Below, in pieces: positions 23,117 to 35,602 of a stretch of DNA of 64,000 bases. The translations under genes were made by a program, and so were the position numbers. This DNA comes from Schizochytrium sp. TIO01 (lineage: Eukaryota > Protista > Bigyra: Labyrinthulomycetes), in assembly GCA_004764695.1 (NCBI GenBank), contig SMSO01000034.1, forward strand, positions 3,410,001-3,474,000. The letters run 5' to 3'. Every line of letters begins with the position of its first letter. Position 1 is the stretch's first letter. The notes beneath the pieces were generated by a model that searched no databases, was not told the DNA's origin, and saw only the letters and a program-made list of their open reading frames with translations.

Positions 23117-24774
23117 AGAAGGCATCATGTCCATCTCGACTGCTGTCTTATCCCACTCATACTCCTCGATGCTCTCTCCTTCTCATCTTACAGGTTCCCT
23201 CCGAAGTTGAACTTTTTGATGCAATTTGAGTGCGCAGAAAACCATAGCGTTTCAACAAAGGGCCTCTGCTCCACCTTCTTATAACATTGTATAGTAGGCA
23301 TTTAGCTTACTTTGAAGTGAGAAACCCATTCGCAGCAAGAACAATAGACTTTTGTTGCTTTTGCATTGCTTGGGATCCCACTTATCTATTCAATATTTCG
23401 CCTCGAATTGGCTGGGGAAAAGTCCAAGTCACTCGAACGGTATGATAGTTTCCTTTTAGAAAATGACCATTTCTACACTATATCTTTTTCTGTTGAACTT
23501 GCAAAGAAGTATTTTTTCTTGCTATACCAAATATGCCATGAACTATTATTATCCATACTCTCAAAACTTATAGGGGTTGATTAGGAGGGTACTAGCGGCC
23601 ACTCTTAATACTTTAAACATCAACCGACCTCTTATCCCCGGCAACGATCCGAGCATAGTTTGTAAGTCAACTTGTCATTCTAGGGCTTACAGTGATGCCT
23701 TGATCAAATACATTATTGTGTCTAGCAGTTATTTAGCATGTACTACTACAGGCCGTTTGTCCATGGCGAACTTTGAATTACTGGTGACCGTGAAAAAAAA
23801 CTATAATCGTTTGTACGTAGGCAGGTACTAGGCCACTTTTAAAGCTTGGAAATATATATAATTAAATGTTGCTATCATTTTTTATGCTCAATCTATGATA
23901 AGACAATAAGGGTAGCTTTTATGCATTTAAAAAATATGAAAAAACATTAGAGAAGGGCTTTCGGTTACTTAGTTGACTTTGAATTTGCATACGCAGCACA
24001 AACAACTAAATTCTCGACTACGATTGAAATGACCATATTCTACCTTGAGCTGGCGCACTATCGTATTTACTTCTGGTATGTCTTTAGTTAAAAAAAAGTG
24101 ACAATTCAGGTCAGAATTGACATGGGTTCCCAGGTTACAAGTTATCAAGTATGCTACCATATATATATATTCCTAGTAGGTGCTAATTTTACTTTCTTGA
24201 AAACAAGAAAAGAAAATACCGTGAGCAAGCAGACAAGAGACTGTTAGCAATATTCAGAGGATAAAGACGTGGGTGAAGGATGAAAATTGCGATAAACACG
24301 ATGATCCAAATAAAATTACTATACGTAAGGACTTGAGAAGAAGAAATGAAGTCTGCAGTTGTTGGTTTTGTGTGTGTTGTGGGCTACATGGGGAGGTAAA
24401 CACTCCTGTTACGAGCTTTTTTTGCATTCGTAATGATGTATGCATACCTTTTAACCCATGCGCTCAGGAGCGAAGAAGAGGTTTTCATCATGACACAGGA
24501 CATTCTTAGACCGCGGTTAACCACACTGGCAGCCACGTATCATTAATCCGTCCGTATTATGATATGTGAGTTTTTAAAGAAAAAGGTTTTTCCTGTCACT
24601 GTTGGGTCTTTCATTAGTGAGAATGTGCGTTTGTAACAAATGAAAGATTGGACAGAAGTGATTTAAAGAAGAGTTCACAGCCAGAAGCTGCTTGTACAAA
24701 TCGTACATACAGCACAATGTCAGAGAACATGTGAGGGGTTACACATGCACGCATGTTCGCTGGCGTACAGTAAT

Positions 24775-25815
24775 TTACTCCTTCATGTTGTCATCATCAT
24801 CGACGACATCGTCGTCATCACCGTCAATGTAGTTGCTGACGGTACCGGTGGAGGTAAAGCGAGCAGCAGCAGAGAGGGCGTGGCGGTCCTCGTTGAGTCC
24901 GAAGAGGTCGCGGTACATCGCGGTGATCTGCTCCACAGAGAGGAGAATGATCATAGCATGAGGTGCGCAGCGACCGTAGTAGGCGACAAAGCCAGTCCAG
25001 AACGCAAAGAACCCTTCGTTACGCAAGACCTTGGAAGCACAATCCATGACACCACGGTACGGCATCTTGCCAGTGGCCGGGTCAATACGCATGTTCTGGA
25101 GGCGGGACTTGATGAGATCAAAGGGAAGAGAGAGGAAGGCACAGCAGAAACCGGCGACGGCAGAAGAGGCCATGCGGGTGGTCATGGAGTCCGGGTCGTG
25201 GGTAACCTTTACGATGGCTTGCTTGGCCTCATCGTAGCAGGCAAGCATACCGACGTTCATGCTCATACCACGGAGAATGTTGGGCAAGAGACCGCTCCAG
25301 AGACCGGCAACACCCTCAGACTTGGAGATGCGAACAAGGGCGTCAAAGACGTTCTTGTAGCCACGACGCTGCTCGATGGGCTTGGTGCCGTCGCTCTGCA
25401 TGCGAACAAGGGCCACGTCGAATGGAGTACCGATGCAGACAGCGATGGCACCACTGCAGAGACCGCTGACAGTCTTTTGCCAGAAAGGAATGTCTGCTCC
25501 GCCGTTGAGTTCCTGCAGCTTGTTGCTGAAGGAGCGGTGGAGACCAATGCGGGCAGTTCCGTAAGTAGCCTGGCGGGTTAGAGAGGCAGAGAGACCAGAG
25601 TAGAGACCCTTGATGCCATCGGCCTTGACGGCATCGCGCACAATTTGCATAGAGCTGGGCTTGGCCTGACCGGGGGCGAGGCCCTCACCAGCGAGCTGGA
25701 GACGAACCTTGGTCAAATCGATGGGGTGGATACAAGACGAGGCAAAGCATGCAGCCATGCCACCGCACACGAACGGCTGCAGGGTCTCTGCTACGGAGCT
25801 CTGTTGCTGAGGCAT
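24775..25815 (-). CDS. Mitochondrial carrier, 2-oxoglutarate/malate (SLC25A11/DTC-like)
   Basis: Three PxDxxKxR-type repeats (PIDLTKVRLQ, PFDVALVRMQ, PFDLIKSRLQ), plus RQATYGTARIG, RRGYKNVFDAL and YGRCAPH. Confidence 0.93.
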   Translation of the reverse strand: MPQQQSSVAETLQPFVCGGMAACFASSCIHPIDLTKVRLQLAGEGLAPGQAKPSSMQIVRDAVKADGIKGLYSGLSASLTRQATYGTARIGLHRSFSNKLQELNGGADIPFWQKTVSGLCSGAIAVCIGTPFDVALVRMQSDGTKPIEQRRGYKNVFDALVRISKSEGVAGLWSGLLPNILRGMSMNVGMLACYDEAKQAIVKVTHDPDSMTTRMASSAVAGFCCAFLSLPFDLIKSRLQNMRIDPATGKMPYRGVMDCASKVLRNEGFFAFWTGFVAYYGRCAPHAMIILLSVEQITAMYRDLFGLNEDRHALSAAARFTSTGTVSNYIDGDDDDVVDDDDNMKE

Positions 25816-26061
25816 GGTCGGTCTTAAGGTTTACAAGCTCACGCACGCACGTACGGGTTGAAAGATATGTAGATAGCCTGACGCTCCTCAGTGGCTTCCG
25901 CTTCGGCTTCTTAGTTTGGTTTGGGTTTGGGTTTTGCCGCTTCTTCAGTTCAGGCTCTCTCTCTGCCTGCTTGAGGATTTGCCAAGGTTTACCTGTTGGC
26001 AGAAGGTTTGCTTGAAGCGTTGTAGCTTGGACTGCACTCTTTCCCTTTCTGTTTCTTACTC

Positions 26062-26183
26062 TTGTTTGTTTGTTTGTTTGTTTGTTTGTTTGTTTGTTTG
26101 TTTGTTTGTTGGTTTGTTTGTTTGTTTGTTTGTTTGTTTGTTTGTTTGTTTGTTTGTTTGTTTGTTTGTTTGTTTGTTTGTTT
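26062..26183. repeat. (TTTG)n microsatellite, ~30 units with one interruption
   Basis: Direct tandem repeat. It explains the spurious FVCL/NKQT ORFs. Confidence 0.97.
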
Positions 26184-26498
26184 ATTTTTGTTTTCTTTTG
26201 CCACGCGTTGGAACTGGTTCCAGTGAGGGCAAGAGCAAAAGGAATGAGTTAATGAATGGGTTGAAAACAACACGAAAGAGCCTTCGTACTAAGCGCCACG
26301 CTTCAAGAGCAGTTGCCAGTTTGCCGATAGCGAAAGACCTCAAGGGCAGAACAGAAAACAGCAAGCACCTCAGCAAGTCTCCTAGCTTGCTCTCCCTCCA
26401 AGGCACCCGCAGCCTGAGCGCTTAAGCGCGAGATCTCTGTCGGCACTTGGACAGTTAAAAGCAATCCATTCATAACAATATATCATAAAAACAGGTGC

Positions 26499-26530
<32 letters not shown>
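26499..26530. repeat. (CAT)n microsatellite
   Basis: Direct tandem repeat, ~10 units. Confidence 0.9.
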
Positions 26531-27679
26531 TTTGAACAAACAAACAAAATAAAATAAAAACATTATGATCTATGATTTATACGTGAATAGTTCTATTCGG
26601 TAGTAGGAGGAGGACGGGCATCTCGGGGATTAAAAAGTGCAAACGATAAAACCCCTTGCTTTGAGAAAGTGCCTAAGCCTCCTCGTTTCCGCTCACTTCT
26701 TTGGTATTGTCGCTGGTTTATTACTTCTTCTTCTTCTTCTTGGTTATGCGAGCTTGAGGGTGGTAGGGACCTCTCCTTCGATTTCTGATTTTTCGCTCCA
26801 AGTTTGATGATGATGTTTTTCTTGAGTGATTTTTCTTCATGTTTTTGGCTTCTTTTCCTTCGAGTTCTTTCCTAGCTAGCTAGCTAGCTTTCTTCCTTCC
26901 TGCTGGGCCCGCTCGGCGCCCGATAGACGAGCGTCTCAGACCGAGAGGGTTCGGGCCGGGGCAAATCGCTGTCTGTCTGAGGCCTCTGGTAGTCTTGGCG
27001 AGCTAGTTTGCTTCGCTTGTGGCTATTCCTTTGTCAGTTTCCACGCAAAATTGACTTCTTCGCTAGGAGTTCATCCATCCATTCATGATATTTATTCATT
27101 TATCTATTTCCAAAGTTATTTGTTCGTTGTTTATTTCTTTGGATTTCTTTGATTAAAAATAAAATAAATAAAAGAGGAATGAATAAATATTTCTTCTCCG
27201 GTGCGGTTGGCTTGGATATTGATCAATCAGTCGCTGGCGACGATAGACCCTGCCTCAATCGGCTGATTGAGCCGCGTTTGTTTGTTGCCATTCACATCCT
27301 TCTGCAGCGACCATCCACTTTCATCCTGATCGCCCATCTCCCTTAGTTATTCCCTGAAGGCCAGAAACAGGAAACTCTGACACTCGAAGACGATCTTCAT
27401 GAATTGTGCTGCTCCACCGATGTCCGATGTTCACCTATCAAACGATTCAATTGAATACGTAGATACTTAGATCCCCATCCAATCTCTCTGTGGCGCATCG
27501 AGTGTAAAACAGCCAAAGCCGATCAGCTCGTACGCTGCTCATGGCCTTCTTTCGTACAGTGCCACCACGAGATCGACCATTGAGCCGCTGCCAGCATCCA
27601 CTACACGCCTCGGGAAGTGGCTGGCAGCTGGCATGGTGGCGAGCGAGATCCTGCCGACACAGATACCACTACACTAAGT

Positions 27680-27729
27680 CTCACTCACTCACTCACTCAC
27701 TCACTCACTCACTCACTCACTCACTCACT
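27680..27729. repeat. (TCAC)n microsatellite
   Basis: Direct tandem repeat, ~12 units. Confidence 0.95.
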
Positions 27730-27939
27730 GTCGGATACAGCGCGCGACTCCGATGATGCGCCGGAGGCCGCCACAAAAACAGGCCTCCAGGCGGGAAGAA
27801 GGCAACACAGAGAGCAACTCCACTCGCTCACACACAAGGCAAGCACCGCCTTCTACGTGTCGAAAGGAGGCGGCGACTCAGCGCTTCACGGAACTTGCTC
27901 GTGTATTGGAACTGCTTAAACATAGGAACTCGAATTCGC

Positions 27940-28020
27940 TCAAATTCGAAAATTCGAAAATTTGAAATTTGAAATTTCAAATTCAAATTCAAATTCAAAT
28001 TCAAATTCAAATTCAAATCC
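27940..28020. repeat. (AAATTC)n hexamer repeat preceded by inverted TTTGAAA/TTCGAAA units
   Basis: aaattcgaaaattcgaaaatttgaaatttgaaatttcaaattcaaattc... Confidence 0.9.
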
Positions 28021-28142
28021 AAACGCTCAGAAATTCAAATCCTCCCAAGGTGGCATTTAAACCTTCAAATTCGAATCGAAGGCGGAGAATCCTCAAGATC
28101 AGTCGCATCATCATCGTCTGCTTAAGAGAGAGGAGAGGGGGG

Positions 28143-28178
<36 letters not shown>
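28143..28178. repeat. (GA)n microsatellite
   Basis: Direct tandem repeat. Confidence 0.9.
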
Positions 28179-28179
<1 letters not shown>

Positions 28180-30988
28180 GAACATACGCAGGAAGGAAGG
28201 AAGGACTGGAAGAAGAAGAAGGGTAAAAAGTTAAGAAAGGATAAAAGAAATTAAGAATTATAAAACATTCTTTTTAAGTTTAAAAGCACTTTTTTTGTTA
28301 TTGCAGAAACTAGAAAATACGAAGCGAACTTGGATCGCAATGCATCCTTTAGGTTTTAGGATTCATGAAAAGGACAAATAATAAGAGGTCCTCCTCCCAG
28401 CTTGGCTTCAAACTTGAGCGTGCTTCCCGTCAACAAGCGAAGAAATGGCTTGCCATGGCTTATACTTTCCAATGGTTCATCACAAGCGCCGTCATTCCTT
28501 TTCAAGGTGATGATGAGCCAACCTGATTCAGTTCAGGAAGGAAAGTCACAAGAGTGCATGGGGGGATACTTGATTATCGACCCGGTGCACTCAATCGAGG
28601 GGATCCCATAAAATATGAGGGAGCGCAGTGAGGGGGGATAAGAATGGAGGAATACGCGGGGCCTGTATTAGACTCACAGAGCTTTTCCGCGGGCTTTCTT
28701 GGGGAGATAGGAAGATTGCAAGTGCGAAGCGTTGTGTTTGTCGGTCTGTTTCCAAACGTTTGTGCGTCAGCTCGGACTGTTGTCTCTGCCTTGATTGCAT
28801 CTCAAGTTTTCAAGGCCCTTCAGAGCTTGCCCGATTCTTGTGTCGCTCCTTGCGTAGTAAGCATCGGCAGTGCAGAGAGGTCTCAGCCAAGCGCTCCAGC
28901 CGCTGATATTGGGCCAGGGCTCGCCAGCCTCCGTGGGAACTGCTGTAAGGAGGGAGCAAACTAGTTCTCTTCCATCTTAATGCGGCCACCGTTCCTAATT
29001 TATAAAAGAAATACACAAAAGGGATGATGAAAACAGAATTAGCGGGTGCGCCATCATTTCATGGAGATGGGATGTTGAGGAAGGACCTGCAATTATGATT
29101 GCACCATCACTCTGCATCCCTTGCCGCCGCCAACAAAGTCGGACCGTCTAGCGCATCATGCGTCATCATGCTCCCGAGAAACACCAGCAGAGAAGGGTTG
29201 AGCATGCCAGGATTCTTGTTCTACGTCATGCCTTTCTTCTTCTTTTCCTCTCATAACTAACTCTTCAGGTCTCATTTTATCATTAAATTTAGAAATCTTT
29301 AAAAGAAAAATTTAAAGATTTCTCTAAGAAGGCTTCACAAGTCCCCTGAGATACCTATGATAACCATATTACTTACGTTAAGTATACTGAGATAATAATA
29401 TTCTTTCTGTCCCTAGTACCTTGTAAAGGTTAACTTCATTTTGAACAAGCTTAAATAGAGGGACAGATAGAAGTTATCAACAACGATACAATTGTCTCGA
29501 AGCGTTTGGTTGTAGCGACATTTTCAGCTTCAGAGCGTGTCTGTTTCAAATTGCGATTTCGCCAGATGTAGCTCTTCTTTCTCAGGATTTTTCGTTTGAG
29601 CGAGTGTCAGCAGATTCAAATAGCGTATTGCTAGAAGCATATTTTGCATGTGGAGGTCCGGAACGATGTCTGAGAGAGCACCTTTTCTGAATGACTTAAT
29701 CTAGAGGAGGAATAACCTCGCTCACAATCCTACAATAAATGAAATTGTACAACTGCTACCTGAGAGGGTGAAACAATGCAAATGTGTGCAAGAGGAAACC
29801 GTGTAGGCGTTGTAGTGTTATACTATGAAAATGACGCTTCGTTGTAAATCCTTTCGCCAGTTCTGTTGAGACTCCTGTTCGAGACTTTTCCTTCGAAATT
29901 GTAATGAGGTATATCAGAGGAAGACAAGACTTTGAAAAGTAAAATACATTTCCTCATGCGCACAAGTCCTCCAGAGCCAGCACTAATTACCACCATGTTT
30001 TAACGTTTTTCTGGCTCAGGATTCGACCACTGTGCAGGCTTGCAGAGATCTAGGAGTCGAATATTGTGCTCGTCAAGAGGTTCAATGGGAAGATCATCTT
30101 CAGCAAAGCCAATTTCATCTCCAACAGGACGTCCTCAGAGCTGCCCAACTTGCTCGAGCAAAGGTTGAAGCACACAATCAAATAGGTGCCACATTACTCG
30201 AAATTTCGCCTGCTAGATTTACACAAGTCCATAGAACCCCTATAAGGGCATCCTATCTTGAAACTCTTGATCGCTACCTAATGTAAGAATTGCATATACC
30301 AAATTATATCATGCTCTTTAGTTCTTTCAAGATCGCCAGCCACTAAACTTTGATACCGAGTCCAGGCCCTGCCAGCAGTCCTTTGCCAATCAACACGCGC
30401 GTTTTGTCTCAAGCGGCTTCACTACGGTTATTGTCGCCCTCCCTGATGGTTTATCTGTGAGAAGTAAAAACCAGCCCTACCAGCAGAACTTTAATATCTC
30501 GCAATCTAAAATAACAAAACTTATATTATTTTCATAAAAATCGGCGAGTCATCTCCGCAGAGATCGAGCTCATAAATTATCCCCCGAAATTTCCCCGCTC
30601 CCCTCAAAAATACCCCTAGTGGCCCACCGTCCTTCTTTCCACCAATCTTCGGCGCGTCAGTCTCCTTCTCGCGTCTAAGGACTCCTCACTGTAGTCCCTC
30701 ACCCATATTGGTCCTTTTGACTAAGTTAGTCCCACTTTAGTGCTGGGGTCCTTCAAGCTTCTCCAGGCACCCCGCGGTCTGTCAGCATGGGGTACTCTGG
30801 TTACCAACCACATCTGCACAACTCATTTTATGCGATCATAATTCCCTAGATTCCCTAGATTCCCTATGTTACCCAAATTTTTTTCTAAGAACAGAACGCC
30901 AACAGTTTTGAACACACTGCTTGTCCAGAACAGCAAAGCAGAACAGTAGAACAGAGCGAGGCAGCAACCTCCAGAACCTTTGGAACCT

Positions 30989-31012
30989 AAACTAGGGTTG
31001 AAACCCTAGTTT
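30989..31012. promoter_or_regulatory. Inverted repeat of a telo-box-like motif (AAACTAGGGTT-GA-AACCCTAGTTT) upstream of RPL11
   Basis: Perfect 11-bp arms ~320 bp upstream of the RPL11 ATG, with further CCCTAG copies at ~30840-30865 and ~31017. The regulatory role is inferred. Confidence 0.45.
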
Positions 31013-31330
31013 TGATCCTAGTGTTTACGGCATCAAAGTTCTAACACAAAATCAAGGTAACACAGGGAACTCCGGCGCACCACTCCTTTGGCAAGCAGGG
31101 GTAACGCGGGGAATATTCTTTCCTGGAGGAGGCGAGAAGGGATCGGTGGCGGAGGGGGTAGGGCATCGTGGTGCGCGGCGGGCTTTTACAAGTAATGAGG
31201 CAATAGGGGGGCATAATAGGAAAGTGGGGAGAGGCGTGGAAGGCGACGAGAGGAGAGAGGAGCAGAGCACAGACAGACTCGGACGGAGCGCAACAGCGGC
31301 AGGAGCTAGTTGCTTTCTTTCTTAGGCACC

Positions 31331-32699
31331 ATGGTACGTGCGCGAAGGCGCAGGAGAGGACGCGGAGGACCCACGTCAGGATTTGGATACGCACGCTGCG
31401 AAGCCTTGCTCCAGGCGGCACCGGTGTTGCATTTGAAGATGTGGCATGATGGCCTTTGCTCGACATGAACGAAAGGCTGTGGATAGCGAACGCGAGACAA
31501 GCACCTTGGATATCAAGGACTTGGGGCGATGTAGCTATGCGATTATGGACGAGACCGGCGTAATCGTAGCCACAGTGATTGCTAGCCTGTTTGGTCGGGC
31601 ATCTTCAATGTGTGGTGGTGCCACAACCTTGGAAGCACGACGGGGCTGAGGTTTATCTCTTCTCACTCGATGGCTATTAATTTCGAGCAAGACGCTGCCT
31701 GCACGGCTGGTGCTATGATCCCTGAGAACTCTGCCTGCAAATGAAAAGTGATGATTCACCGTCATGGTCACTTGCTTCAGAGCTTTCATATCGTCGTACT
31801 ATTGGGCTATAGGTGGTAACGAGTGACGGAATGGTGGTTGCCATCGTGCGATGAACCAATGTATAGGATGAAACTTACAAACTTAGTCAGATTGCCTGTG
31901 GATGGTGGCGATAACTTGTCTGCTCTCTAGCCTTCACATGACTGCTAGGGAGTAAATCTGGCTATGGATAGTATAGTTCTTCGTACCTTGCGCGGTTCTC
32001 GTTGATTGAGACAGCATGCAAAGCTCATAGTGTAGTTGATGAGCTAGAATGCTTGAGAGATTGCAAATTATTGACGGTCCTTATGCGGTTGCAAAAAAGA
32101 TATGGAGAGCAAGTGTTTGACTAACATTAGTTGTGTTGATTGTGTTATTTTGTTGCTATGTTTGACAGGCCGAGACTCAGGAGAAGAAGGGCTTGAACAA
32201 CCCTATGCGCGAGCTCCGCGTTGAGAAGCTCGTGCTCAACATCTCTGTTGGTGAGAGCGGTGATCGCTTGACCCGTGCCAGCAAGGTGCTCGAGCAGCTC
32301 TCTGAGCAGAAGGTGTGCCAGTCTAAGGCCAAGTACACCCTCCGTGGCTTCGGTATCCGCCGTAACGAGAAGATCTCTTGCCACGTGACCGTCCGCGGCG
32401 ACAAGGCCATGGAGATCTTGGAGCGTGGCCTCAAGGTCAAGGAGTACGAGCTCGAGAAGGGCAACTTCTCCGACTCCGGCAACTTCGGTTTCGGTATTAC
32501 TGAGCACATTGATCTCGGTCTCAAGTACGACCCCAACACCGGTATCTACGGTATGGACTTCTACGTTGTTATGGGCCGCAAGGGCTGGCGCGTGTCCAAG
32601 CGCAAGAAGTGCCGTTCCCGGATCGGTGCTTCCCACAAGGTGACAAAGGGCGAGACCCAGGCTTGGTTCCAGAAGAAGTTCGAGGGTATTCTCGTTTAA
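31331..32699 (+). CDS. RPL11: 60S ribosomal protein L11 (uL5); join(31331..31333, 32169..32699)
   Basis: ATG followed directly by a GTACGT donor. Branch point GACTAAC at ~32120 and acceptor GACAG at 32168. Exon 2 reads [44 protein letters not shown]...[29 protein letters not shown]. Confidence 0.98.
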
Positions 32700-33021
32700 A
32701 CTTTATAACATCACATCAACCTGACTTGTCGCCGTCTGCGTGCCTTCGGTCTCGTTTTTTTTTCGTTGTTCTTCGTTGATCTTATAGGTCTATTGAAGTC
32801 CCATCCTTTCCCTCTTTATATCTTTTTCCCCTTTTCTCGAGGCTTGTTTGTCTCTTCACCCGCACGTCAGAGCACGGCGACCGTCCATCTCCCTTCACTT
32901 CGCAAGAGAAACTTGTATGACCTTGTTCCAATCGGAGATAAACCTTATCGGGCAACGCAAGAAAACTCTTGCTGTATTGATTGTTAGTCATGAAGTACAG
33001 TTTGGGGCCTTGATTTAATTC

Positions 33022-34706
33022 TCATCTTTTCATAAAGCCAATTATTTGTTTTGCCCAAGATATTTTGTTTGACTTTATTATTCTACGAATTGGTTGTGGA
33101 TGTTCATGATTTGAATTCCGAGTTATTTCTTTTAGATCTGGCTTAAAGGATTCCCTGCGTAGCCAAAACTTACCCAATGTAACTTTGAGGATCTTTTGTA
33201 TTTCATTGGATAAGTGTTGAGTATCAAAACAACACTGAAGGCCGTCCTTGGTGAATTCAGGTTGCCTCAGATACCTCTCTTGTTTTGACAAAGATAACAG
33301 ACAAAAATTTAGAAAACACAGGAGCTTCAAATCCACATGGAGCAGACATGATTTGCATATTGAGGCAGATACCATTACAATCTGCTTCAGGCTTTGTCTT
33401 CTGTTTTTGCGAAGATCTTAATTAAAAAAAACTTATAATTTATCTAGTGTCACATCCATTATGGCTACTCCTATCAAACTAAATAAAGCATACTGTTATG
33501 ATATATTTAATCTGTGCATTGAAACGTGTTTGGTAAACCCGAGTTGAGAGGATAGTGGCTTTTGTTCTTGGCAAGAATTGGCAAGAATTCTGTTCAATAC
33601 GTATTAGGTTTGAGACTCAATGAAATGTTTCCCCTTTATTCTCCAAAGTCCTGTCTTAGAGTTGTTTCAGATTGAGTTCAGTACTTTTGAAAGTTTGACA
33701 AATTGTACAAAGCGTGCACATGATCTTTAGAAGAGATGTTGTTCAAGTTGAAGTTGCCAATTTAGCTTTTCTGAAGAAATTGTAAACCTACACTATTGAG
33801 ACAACAAGAGAACCTGCGATAATTCTTCCTGATAAAGTCGCTCAAGAAGTAGAACAATCACGCAAATGAGAAAATAGATAGTGGGCTAGACAAGTACGGG
33901 GAGCGAAGCATCTTTTTAAAATACGATTAAACTTTCTTGCTCGACTTATCTCTGCTCTTAAATGGACCGGGTCACATCAAATAGATGCACATGTGTATAA
34001 TGTTTAGAAATTGTTGCTGGGTCTTCCTTGAGGAATGTGGTGTCGAATATGGCTGGCTGATTTAGTCTTGCTCTCAAATCATTTGTAGCATATTCACACT
34101 TCACGCCTCTAATTGTAGCAACAAAGGGAGGGAATATTTTTCGCGCCATAAAAAAATCCTGTATTGAGATTGAGTAATCAACCAAAGGCACATGTATTAT
34201 GACTTTGGATTGTAATAATAAGAACTACATGTTATAAGACATAGATCAAGCTCTGAACTATCTAGTGTGCAAGCTTATCTCGTGTGCACGCTTGTAGAGC
34301 AGTGCAGGCAATTCATGCATGAACATTTTATTTCCCTTCTACAGCTCCAGTCCAGCATGGTTTCGCATTTGTTAGACTTAGCCATATGCAGAAACAAAAT
34401 GTGTCTGGAGCAAGGCTACCGTCTCAACGTCTCGTTTAAATGTACTCATCTTCATGCCTGCTTCCAGACCTTCAAAGCATCGACCCATTTTTGTGCAATT
34501 GATAATTGTTCAGTGCTCACCTGCGAATCGCCGTCAGTCACGATTGAAGACATAGCAATCAAAAGTAAGAGTACTGGAGACAAATCATCATAAGTTAACG
34601 CCGGCGTTGCAGTAGTGCTGGTCGCATCCGTGGTAGCTTCCACCGTTGTCGTGGGTTCGTAAGTTGTAGTTGTAGCTTCACTTGTTTGAGCAGCAGTCGT
34701 GGACAT
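33022..34706. pseudogene. Cluster of short or disrupted AT-rich coding-like fragments at the left edge of the gene-dense island
   Basis: ORFs 33022-33375(-), 33958-34191(-) and Thr-rich 34452-34706(-), plus a stop-interrupted stretch at ~33460-33870(+). The Thr-rich N-terminus resembles the island mucin-like proteins. No family recognised. Confidence 0.35.
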
Positions 34707-34822
34707 TGAAGTAGGATCTCTTTGTCAACCATACACTCCCAAACTAAAAAAAATACTCACTTTTCGGTAAAAAAAGATTAAAATTGGTTTGTTTAAATCA
34801 TAGTAAGAAGCGAGGTGCGTAC

Positions 34823-35559
34823 TTACTCGTCCTCCTCCTCTGAATCAGCATAGTCATCGCTCTCATCACCATTTTCTGGGGGCGGAGCAAGTGATTCCAC
34901 AGGAGTAGTAGTAGTAGTAGCCGCAGTCGCGCTAGAAAGGGAAGGAGTCCCACCTTTCTTATTGCGAATCTTCGAGCGACGCAAAACAACAACCTCATTA
35001 CTGCCAAGGTGCTCCTGGATATAGGCAAACGTCTCGTCGCCACTCAGTCCTTCTGCAGGGCCATCAGGACCAAAAAGCTCGCCGATGACAGGCTTCAGGC
35101 GAGTCTTGTTCATCGGCACTGCGCGAGTGGAACGAAGCAGTTCAGAAGCTTGAGGCCAGCGCGACTTGTAGCCGCCAGCGTGGGCAGCGTGAACTTACCC
35201 TGAGGGAAAAAGGCCTTTCGAACAATGTGAATAATAATGATAAGCATTCCGGCGCAGCAGCAGGAAAGAGAGGTCAAAAGCAATTCAGGCAAGCGCTCCA
35301 TGTGCTTTTCAGGGACCGCATACCCCAGTGGATAGATTGTGGTCACACTAGGCATTTCTTCGCGCATCAAAAAGGCAAAAATGAACAGAACTGCCGCAGT
35401 AGCAAAGAAAACGGTGATAGCGCGCCGAATGTAGTGCTCGTTCTGATCAACTAAACTAACAGCAAGTGCAATGGTCAGAGCAGCACAAATGTTTCCAATT
35501 AAATAACGCCCCGCTCGTTTCTCTCTCTGAGCTAAGTATTCTTCAGGTGTTAGAGTCAT
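34823..35559 (-). CDS. Hypothetical 3-TM membrane protein with acidic C-terminal tail; join(35199..35559, 34823..35118), ~218 aa
   Basis: An 80-nt GTAAGT...CGCAG intron (35119-35198) joins two listed ORFs in frame (FFPQ-V-PMNKTRLK). There are three hydrophobic segments. Confidence 0.7.
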
Positions 35560-35602
35560 TGTATTTCCTTTGTTTGCATTTAGTCTTTAAAGGGGAGAAA
35601 AT

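Noticed and set aside
24745-25581. 278 aa plus-strand ORF
   Set aside because: Antisense shadow of the codon-biased mitochondrial carrier gene.
25916-26425. ORFs with FVCL / NKQT repeats
   Set aside because: Translations of the (TTTG)n microsatellite.
28600-30290. Possible transposase or gene remnant between the carrier and RPL11
   Set aside because: Only short ORFs, with no recognisable catalytic motif, terminal repeat or target-site duplication.
32145-32636. 163 aa minus-strand ORF
   Set aside because: Antisense shadow of RPL11.
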